The notes under the pieces are model-generated. The model did not search any database. It was not told where the DNA came from and saw nothing but the letters and a program-made list of their open reading frames with translations. A stretch of DNA of 64,000 nt from an uncultured Acidimicrobiia bacterium. GTDB lineage: Bacteria; Actinomycetota; Acidimicrobiia; IMCC26256; JAENVU01. Where the stretch lies: NCBI GenBank assembly GCA_963835005.1, contig CAWIEA010000005.1, positions 44,069 to 108,068 on the forward strand. Reading direction: 5' to 3'. Numbering within the stretch: the stretch's first letter is position 1; each line of letters starts with the position of its first letter. Shown one piece after another: positions 57,260 to 64,000 of this stretch. A program made the position numbers and the translations under genes.

Positions 57260-58107
57260 ATGGGAGTAGGGCTGCCTCGAGGGCTGTCGCCGAGCTCGTT
57301 CGGTGCGTTCAAGAGCTGCCCGCTCGCGTTCAAGTTCTCGTACCTGGACAAGCTGCCCCAACCGCCGTCACCCGCGGCGAGCAAGGGGACGCTCGTCCAC
57401 CGTGCACTCGAGCTGCTGATGCTGCGCGACGCACCGGACCGCACGATCGAGGCCGCGCTCGCGGACCTCGGCCCGCGCGCGCGTCGAGCTCGCCGACGAC
57501 CCCGACTTCGCGGACCTCGAGCTGAGCGACGCCGAATGGGACACGTTCCACGCCGAGGCCGAGCAGCTCGTGCACCGCTACTTCGAGCTCGAGGACCCGA
57601 CGACGGTGCGGCCGATCGGCCTCGAGCTGCGGCTCGCGGCGACGGTCGGCTCCGTGCACCTGCGCGGGATCATCGACCGCCTCGAGCTGGTCGAGGACGA
57701 CGAGCTCGTGATCACCGACTACAAGACCGGGTCGGTGCCGGGCGAGCGCCACGAGCTGCAGCGGCTCGCCGGCGTGCACATGTACGCGCTCATGGTCGAG
57801 CAGCTGCTCGGCAAGCGGCCGATCCGCGTGCAGCTCCTCTACTTGTCGCGACCCGAGGCGATCATCGCGATCCCCTCGGACCAGACGGTCACCGGCGTCG
57901 CCGCGCAAGACCCAGGCCCTCTGGAACGCGATCCAGGCGTCGTGCGCGCGTGACGACTTCCGCCCGCGCCCGGGGCCGCTGTGCGAGTGGTGCTCGTACC
58001 AGGCCTACTGCCCCGCGTTCGGCGGCGACCCGACGATGGCGCCCGAGCTGCGCGGTCCGGGCACGGTGATCGCACCGTCGCTGCCGCTGACGGCCGCGCC
58101 CGCCTAG
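57260..58107 (+). pseudogene. PD-(D/E)XK nuclease family protein (RecB/AddB/Cas4-like, Fe-S cysteines), two frameshifts (about 57470 and 57900)
   Basis: MGVGLPRGLSPSSFGAFKSCPLAFKFSYLDKLP...GTLVHRALE (ORF 57242..) is followed by ...LRGIIDRLELVEDDELVITDYKTGS... (ORF 57570..57953). Then comes ...LWNAIQASCARDDFRPRPGPLCEWCSYQAYCPAFGG...stop TAG 58105-58107. Confidence 0.75.
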
Positions 58108-58127
58108 CGGCGCGTACCCTCGCGTCG

Positions 58128-58683
58128 ATGGACCCGGGCTTCCGGCTCCCCAGCCCCGAGGAACTGCCCGCGGTCCAGGCGTTCGACCGCGCGGTCGAGC
58201 GCGCGCTCGAACCACTGAGGAACCCCGCACTCGACCGGGTGATGTACACGATCTCGAGTGCCGCCGACCACAGCCTCCTCTGGTTCGGCATCGCGGGACT
58301 GCGGTCGCTGCGGCGCGGTGACCTCCCGTTCGCGCTGAAGTTCGCGGCCGCGATGGGGATCGAGTCGGGTCTGACCAACGGCGCGATCAAGGCGCTCTTC
58401 CGCCGCGGTCCGGCCGGAGCACGAGATCGCCGAGGGTCCACTCCCCTACGGGATGCGGCGGCCGATCACGTCGTCGTTCCCGTCCGGGCACGCGACCGCG
58501 GCGTTCACGGCCGCGTCGATCCTCGCCCGCAGCGGCCACGGCGACGCGTTCTGGTTCGTGCTCGCGACCGTCGTCGCGAGCAGCCGCGTCTACGTGCGGA
58601 TGCACCACTCGTCGGACGTGGTGGCGGGCGCGTTGGTCGGCCTGGCCCTCGGCCGCGTGGCGCGGCGCTTCTTCCCCGCCTGA
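58128..58683 (+). pseudogene. PAP2-family phosphatase, one frameshift near 58405
   Basis: The MDPGFRLPS... segment of ORF 57981..58847 (...LTNGAIKALFRR) continues in ORF 58453..58683 (RRPITSSFPSGHATAAF...SRVYVRMHHSSDVVAG). Confidence 0.75.
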
Positions 58684-58774
58684 TCCGCCACGCCCGGACG
58701 GGCTCGGGCCCGGAATGCGTGGTCCGGGCCCGGCGTTACCATCGAGACCGCCGTCACCATCGGGAGGATCCTCC

Positions 58775-59363
58775 GTGCCCCGTGAGATCGCCGCCACCTG
58801 GGACTATCGCTGCCCCTTCGCCCGCAACGGTCATGAAGCGATCGTGAACGCGATCCGGGAGGGCACCGACATCGAGTTCCGGTTCCTGGCGTTCTCGCTG
58901 GACCAGGCGCACGTCGAAGAGGGCGAGCCGCCGGTGTGGGACCGGGGTCCCGAGGCATGGGGCACGGGGACGCTCGCGCTCCTCTACGGCATCGCGATCC
59001 GGGACAACTTCCCCGAGAGGTTCCTCGACGCCCACGTCGAGCTGTTCGCCGCAGCGCCACGATCACGGCCTGCAGCTCGGGCACGAGGACGTCCTCGAGG
59101 CGGCCGTCGAGAAGGTCGGGCTCGACGTCGACGCGGTCAAGGCCGAGGCCTGGAGCGGACGCCCGCTGAAGACGTTGATCGCCGAGCACACCGAGGCGGT
59201 CGAGCAGCACGCCGTGTTCGGGGTCCCGACCTACGTCGAGGGTGACGAGGCGGTGTTCATCCGGTTCATGGAGCGCGGCCGCGCCGACGACCTCCTCCGG
59301 GCCCTCGACCTGCTCGACTGGTCCCGGCTGAACGAGTTCAAGCGCACCAAGATCGCCCGCTGA
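58775..59363 (+). pseudogene. DsbA-like thioredoxin-fold protein, one frameshift near 59055
   Basis: It starts from GTG 58775 in ORF 58715..59245 (IAATWDYRCPFARNGHEAIV...). The C-terminus is in ORF 59175..59363 (...HAVFGVPTYVEGDEAVFIRFMERG...). Confidence 0.7.
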
Positions 59364-59526
59364 CCGCGGTCGAGGTCGGGACGAGCGAGCCCCGTCGACC
59401 CGGCCTACGCTCGACTCTCCAGGTCGCTCCGGCCTTCTGGCACTGCGGGTCGTTCGGGTGTCGCACTCCGTCCCGCTACCACCCTCTCTCCTCCTCCGTG
59501 ACCGTCCCCGGCCTACGCTCGGCTCC

Positions 59527-60952
59527 ATGACGGCGCGCATGTCGCCGAGCGAAGCGATCATGTGGGCAGCCGAGAAGGACCCGTCGCTCCGCTCGGACTT
59601 CGCCAACCTGACGATCCTCGACGGCGTCCCCGACATGGAGCGGATGCGGTCGAAGGTCGAGCAGGCGCTCGTCGAGCTGCCGCGCCTCGAACGAGCGGGT
59701 CGTGAGCCCGCCTTTGCGGATTGCGCCGCCGGAATGGCGGACCGACCCGACGATCGATCTCGACTACCACCTGCGGCGCGTCGCGCTCCCCGAGCCCGGG
59801 TCGATGCGCGACCTCCTGGACGTCGCGGCGACGTTGACCGCGACGCCCCTCGACCGCTCCCGGCCCCTGTGGGAGTTCACGCTGCTCGAGGGCCTGGCCG
59901 ACGGACGGTCCGCACTCCTCCAGCGCGTGCACCACACCGTCACCGACGGCGTCGGCGGGCTGAAGCTCTCGCTCAGCCTCGTCGACTTCGAGCGCGGCCG
60001 GCGCCCGAGATGCGCGACACCGTGCGCGCGCTCACCGACGACGAGCAGTCGCGGATCATGCAGGACCTCGCCGAGGACCCCGTCGACCGGGACTCGCCGA
60101 TGAACGTGCTGCGCGACGCGGTCGGGTTCCGCTGGCAGCGCAACGTCGACCTCGCGCGCGAAGGGTGTCGTGGCGGGTGGCTCGATCGCCCGGCACCCGA
60201 CGGCCGTCCCTCGCCTCGCGAAGGACTCCATCGGGATGGCCGCGTCGCTGCGCCGCCAGGTGCTCATCGCCGGGCGCTCCAAGTCCCGACTCCTCGCGAC
60301 CCGCTCCCTCGGCCGCCGCTACGACGTGCTCGACCTCGGTCTCGAGGACGCACGCGAAGCGGGCCACGCGCTCGGCGGGACCATCAACGACGTCTTCGTC
60401 ACCGGCGTCGCGGGCGGACTCGGCCTGTACCACGACCGACTCGGCGCGCCCGTCGAGGAGCTCCGGATGGCCATGGCCGTCAGCACCCGCGAGGGCCATG
60501 GCGACAACGCCGGGAACCACTTCGTGCCGACCCGCGTCACCGTGCCCGTGATCCCGAAGGAGCCCGGCGAGCGGTTCGGGAAGGTGCGGACCAAGATCAC
60601 GACCGTCCGCCACGAGCCCGCGCTCGAGGCCGCGGACGCGTTCGCGGCCGTGGCCGCGGGCCTGCCGACGTCGGTCATCGTCGGCCTGCTGCGCAACCAG
60701 ACCCGATCGGTCGACTTCGCGACGTCGAACCTCCGCGGCAGCCCCATCGACCTCTACATCGGCGGCGCGCGCATCGAGGCGAGCTACCCGATGGGGCCGC
60801 GGAGCGGGTGCGCGGTGAACGTCACCGCCCTCTCGTACTGCGGCGACCTGTGCGTCGGCATCCACTCGGACCCAGCTGCCGTCACCGACCCCGACGCACT
60901 GGTCGAGTGCCTGCGCGACTCGTTCGACACGCTGTTCGCCACCGGCGTCTGA
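59527..60952 (+). pseudogene. wax ester synthase/diacylglycerol acyltransferase (WS/DGAT), three frameshifts (about 59690, 60000, 60165)
   Basis: MTARMSPSEAIMWAAEKDPSLRSDFANLTILDG (ORF 59458..) is followed by ...LWEFTLLEGLADGRSALLQRVHHTVTDGVGG (HHxxxDG motif, ORF 59702..60103). It then returns to the first frame, and the C-terminal half is in ORF 60170..60952 (...GGTINDVFV...NLRGSP...). Confidence 0.8.
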
Positions 60953-60961
60953 ACCCTGCGA

Positions 60962-61312
60962 TCAGGGACGGCGGGGTGCGGGTCCCGCCGGTGACACCGC
61001 GTCGAGCCACTCCTCGTGGCCCGGGTCGAGCCAGGCCCGGTGGTCGCAGTGGCCGCGGCCGTCGACCACGTACACGTGCAGCGTCGGCGCGTCTTCGGCG
61101 AGCGCGAGCAGGTCGTTGGCCCGCGGGTGCGGTGGTGCGGCGTCGAGCAGGTCGACGAGCGCGACGACGGCGACGACGCGGCTGGCGCAGTCGGGACAGG
61201 CCGAGACGGTCGCCGCCTCGAGGTTGCCGGTGATCGACAGGAGGCCCGACGCCTCGTCCGCGTCCATCTCGACCCGCTGACCGTCGTCATCGACGAACGC
61301 GAGCTCCGCCAT
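60962..61312 (-). CDS. hypothetical protein with CxxC ... HCxH residues
   Basis: ORF 60962..61312 is intact at 116 aa (MAELAFVDDDGQRVEMDADEASGLLSITGNLEAATVSACPDCASRVVAVV...GRGHCDHRAWLDPGHEEW). TAGGTT lies 6 nt before the ATG. Confidence 0.5.
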   Translation of the reverse strand: MAELAFVDDDGQRVEMDADEASGLLSITGNLEAATVSACPDCASRVVAVVALVDLLDAAPPHPRANDLLALAEDAPTLHVYVVDGRGHCDHRAWLDPGHEEWLDAVSPAGPAPRRP

Positions 61313-61318
61313 CGCCCG

Positions 61319-61375
61319 AACCTACCCGCCGCACCGGGACCAGCCGGCCTCCCACCGCCGTCCCCGGCGTACGCT
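61319..61375. promoter_or_regulatory. back-to-back leaderless promoters (-10 TAGGTT for 61312 minus; -10 TACGCT for 61383 plus)
   Basis: AACCTA at 61319-61324 is TAGGTT on the minus strand, 6 nt from ATG 61312. TACGCT at 61370-61375 lies 7 nt from ATG 61383. Confidence 0.6.
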
Positions 61376-61382
61376 CCCGGCC

Positions 61383-62364
61383 ATGCGAGCGGTGGTGTTC
61401 CCCGGCGACGGCAGGATCGAGCTGGCCGAGCGCCCGTCCCCCACGCCCGGGCCCGGCGAGGTGCTGGTGCGGGTCCACGGCGCCGGTCTGAACCGCGCCG
61501 ATCTGGTCCAGCGGGCCGGCTTCTATCCCGCGCCACCCGGCGTCCCGGCCGACATCCCGGGGATGGAGTTCTCGGGCGAGGTCCTCGCGACCGGAACCGG
61601 CACCGGCACGGTCGCGACCGGGGACCGCGTCTTCGGCGTGGTCGGAGGCGGCGCGCAGGCCGAGGAGGTCGTCGTCCCCGAGTCGTGCTGCGTGCTCGGT
61701 GCCCGGCCACCTCGACCTCGTCGACGCGGGCGGGATCCCGGAGGTGTTCGTCACCGCTCACGACGCGATGCGCACCCGCGCCGGCCTTCAACCGGGTGAG
61801 CACGTGCTCGTCCACGCGGTCGGCTCGGGGGTGGGCACCGCGGTCGTGCAGCTCGCCAAGGCGTTCGGCAACACCGTCACCGGCACGGCCCGAACCGCCG
61901 ACAAGCTCGAACGGGCACGTGCGCTCGGCCTCGACCACGGCGTCCTCGCCCCCGATCCCTTCGACGCGGCGGTGCTCGCGCAGGCGGTGCTCGACGCGGG
62001 CGGGCCGGCGGACGTCGTCGTCGAGCTGGTCGGTGGCGGCTACGTGGAGGTCGACCTCGCGGTGACCGCGATCCAGGGACGGATCGTGATCGTCGGCACG
62101 CTCGCAGGCGGGGGCGTTCAGCTGCCGTTGATGACCTTGATGAGCAAGCGGCTCGCGCTCCACGGCACCGTGCTGCGGGCAAGGACGATCGAGGAGAAGG
62201 CCGCGGCGACCGCAGCGTTCGTCGGTGAGGTCGCTGCCGCTGCTCCAGGACGGGCGCCTGCAGCCGGTCGTCGACCGGATCCTGCCGCTCGACGCCGCCG
62301 CCGAGGCCTACGACCTGATGGCCTCGAACACCACATTCGGCAAGGTGATCCTCTCGGCGGTCTG
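61383..62364 (+). pseudogene. NADPH:quinone oxidoreductase (MDR, zeta-crystallin type), two frameshifts (about 61695 and 62235)
   Basis: ORF 61383..61799 covers the N-terminus (VRVHGAGLNRADLVQRAGFYP...). The middle is in ORF 61699..62676 (VHAVGSGVGTAVVQLAKAFG...). The end ...LPLLQDGRLQPVVDRILPLDAAAEAYDLMASNTTFGKVILSAV-stop (62362-62364) is in the first frame. Confidence 0.8.
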
Positions 62365-62373
62365 AAGCCGGGC

Positions 62374-63015
62374 TCAGCCGACCCGGATCACGACCTTGGC
62401 CGAGGACGCGTCGACGGCGAACGGCCGTTGGCCGTCGAGCCCGATCACCCAGCCGACCACCGCCTCGCTCGCGTCGTAGAGCGCGAGCCCGCGGACGGAG
62501 TGCAGGCCGGTCGGCGTGATCGTCCGCGGACCCTGGTAGGTGAGCGGCGCGACCCCTGGTTCAGGTCGGCGATCCACGCGGGGATGAAGCGGACCTTGAG
62601 GAACGCGGTCCCCGGCGGCGTGACCATCTGCCCCGCGCTGTTGCTGAACGGAGGATCGGCGTACTCGACCTGGTAGCCGGGCGCCGGCGCCGCGTTCGGC
62701 TGAAACGTGAAGGTGATCGTGTCCGTGCAGCCGTCGGTCGCGGTCGTGACGTCGGTGAGGAGCTGGTCGACGGCCGGCCGGGCGCTGTCCTTCGTGTCGG
62801 TGTTGCCGACCGTCGGGCACCCGCCGGTGGTGGTGCTCGACGTGGTCGCAGCCGCGATCGTCGTCGTGGTGGTGGTGCGATCGCGCGGCTCTGTCCGCTC
62901 CGTCGTCGCTGCTGCTGCAACCGGCCACCACGAGCGCCGCGACCACGGCGCCGACCACGATGCGAGACACGGCGGACCTCCTGCCCGGGCGTCGGGCCCC
63001 ATCGACGATGGCCAC
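62374..63015 (-). pseudogene. hypothetical lipoprotein, two frameshifts (about 62895 and 62555)
   Basis: The signal plus lipobox is VGAVVAALVVAGCSSS (ORF 62374..63015). The middle, in ORF 62445..63017, reads TTTTTTIAAATTSSTTTGGCPTVGNTDTKDSARPAVDQLLTDVTTATDGCTDTITFTFQPN...YQVEYADPPF...TAFLKVRF. The end returns to the first frame (PLTYQGPRTITPTGLHSVRGLALYDASEAVVGWVIGLDG...VVIRVG). Confidence 0.5.
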
Positions 63016-63112
63016 ACTCTGCCCGAAAGGGGCCCGTCATCACGAGCGGTACGATCCGCGGCACCGACCGCGACCGGAACCGGCGCGGTCCCACCATCGC
63101 CGGGAGGAACTC

Positions 63113-64000
63113 GTGGCCGAGCTCAAGGACACCGATGTCGTCATCGTCGAGGCGGTCCGGTCGCCGCTCGGGCGCCGCAACGGCGGGCTCTCGACGGTCC
63201 ACCCCGCCGACCTGCTCGGGTCGGTCCAGGTCGCCGCGGTGGAGCGGGCGGGCATCGATCCGATCGAGGTCGGCCAGGTCGTCGGCGGCTGCGTGAGCCA
63301 GGTGGGAGAGCAGACGTTCAACGTCGCCCGCACCGCGTGGCTCTCGGCCGGCATGCCGCTCGAGGTCGCGGCCACGACCGTCGACGCTCAGTGCGGCTCG
63401 TCGCAGCAGGCCACGAACCTCGCCGCGTCCCTCGTCTCGGCGGGCACGGTCGACGCCGTGCTCAGCTGCGGGGTCGAGAGCATGAGCCGGGTGCCGCTCG
63501 GGGCGGCGGTGCGCGGCGACTTCGGCCGTCCGACGCCGAAGACCTACTTCGCCCGCTACGAGGTCACGTCGCAGTTCGAGGGTGCGGAGCGGATCGCCGA
63601 CCAGTGGGGAATCACCCGTGAGGACTGCGATCGCTTCGGGCTCGAGTCGCAGACCCGGGCGCAGCGCGCGTGGGCCGAGGGGCGGTTCGAGCGCGAGGTG
63701 CTCCCCGTCGACGCGCCCGATGTCGACGAGGAGGGCAAGCCCACCGGGTCGACCCACCAGGTCGCGCGGGACGAAGGGCTGCGTGAGACCTCGCTCGAGG
63801 CGCTGGCCAAGCTGAAGCCGGTCGGGCGCGAGAACGGCGTGCACACCGCCGGGTCGTCGTCGCAGATCACCGACGGCGCGGCGGCCGTGCTGATGATGAC
63901 CGCGGCGAAGGCGAAGGACCTGGGGCTGCGACCACGCGCCCGCCTCGTGGACCAGTGCCTCGTCGGTGTCGACCCGGTGCTGATGCTCACGGGCCCGATC
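63113..64000 (+). CDS. acetyl-CoA C-acyltransferase (thiolase), 3' end outside window
   Basis: This gene is not in the ORF track (GTG start, no stop in the window). I translated it by hand from GTG 63113: VAELKDTDVVIVEAVRSPLGRRNGGLS...VDAQCGSSQQA (active-site Cys)...GVESMSRVP...TAGSSSQITDGAAAVLMM. The frame is uninterrupted to 64000. Confidence 0.9.
   Translation, partial: MAELKDTDVVIVEAVRSPLGRRNGGLSTVHPADLLGSVQVAAVERAGIDPIEVGQVVGGCVSQVGEQTFNVARTAWLSAGMPLEVAATTVDAQCGSSQQATNLAASLVSAGTVDAVLSCGVESMSRVPLGAAVRGDFGRPTPKTYFARYEVTSQFEGAERIADQWGITREDCDRFGLESQTRAQRAWAEGRFEREVLPVDAPDVDEEGKPTGSTHQVARDEGLRETSLEALAKLKPVGRENGVHTAGSSSQITDGAAAVLMMTAAKAKDLGLRPRARLVDQCLVGVDPVLMLTGPI

Noticed and set aside
1-64000. 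Defence systems, prophage, toxin-antitoxin pairs and biosynthetic gene clusters.
   Set aside because: The helicase (UvrD2 with HRDC), the PD-(D/E)XK nuclease, the SNase and the VWA protein each sit in housekeeping or envelope contexts without the partner genes typical of known defence systems. No PKS, NRPS, terpene or RiPP core enzymes were seen.

Overview
This is a 64-kb chromosomal segment of about 72% GC. It looks actinobacterial: DinB-type and F420/LLM-type enzymes, UvrD2 with an HRDC tail, WS/DGAT, and many leaderless TANNNT-N5-8-start promoters. I call about 62 protein-coding loci. I found no rRNA, tRNA, CRISPR array, transposase, integrase or phage genes.

Layout:
- Left edge: GH2 and GH36 glycosidases.
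- 5-23 kb: a housekeeping block (DinB, acyl-CoA dehydrogenase, PH-SHOCT membrane protein, FAD lactone oxidase, def, ACT protein, metallopeptidase, uvrD2, PLP decarboxylase), a REC-EAL / PAS hybrid kinase pair, a secreted nuclease, a GT-C glycosyltransferase and purK.
- 23-40 kb and 50-64 kb: an acyl-CoA/lipid-metabolism neighbourhood. It holds a racemase-type CoA-transferase, two APH-like kinases plus a DUF6285-like gene, etfBA, a carboxyltransferase, MDR dehydrogenases, two LLM oxidoreductases, SoxR, WS/DGAT, a quinone reductase and a thiolase.
- 41-50.5 kb: an envelope/redox island. It holds a PQQ-propeller / cadherin-like / arylsulfotransferase lipoprotein, a cupin-like unknown, and an OmpR/HK pair divergent from an operon of two duplicated disordered secreted proteins, ApbE, a MsrQ-like di-haem membrane protein and a VWA lipoprotein.

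That operon is my best candidate for an undescribed system: an extracytoplasmic flavinylation / electron-transfer module with no recognisable FMN-binding substrate domain.

Other sequence-level signals:
- Two perfect copies of the 18-bp palindrome CTTGACCG-NN-CGGTCAAG sit in promoters 13 kb apart.
- A SoxR box has no divergent target gene.
- A family of TTTCGGTG...CACCGAAA hairpins marks three convergent gene junctions.
- GTAAGA motifs repeat around the two-component promoter region.

Major caveat: about 47 frame disruptions hit about 29 otherwise well-conserved genes, including def, purK, etfB and xthA. They cluster at 21-29 kb and 56-63 kb. I label these loci pseudogene/frameshifted, but assembly indels are at least as likely as real decay. 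All functional calls come from reading translations by eye; no database search was run.
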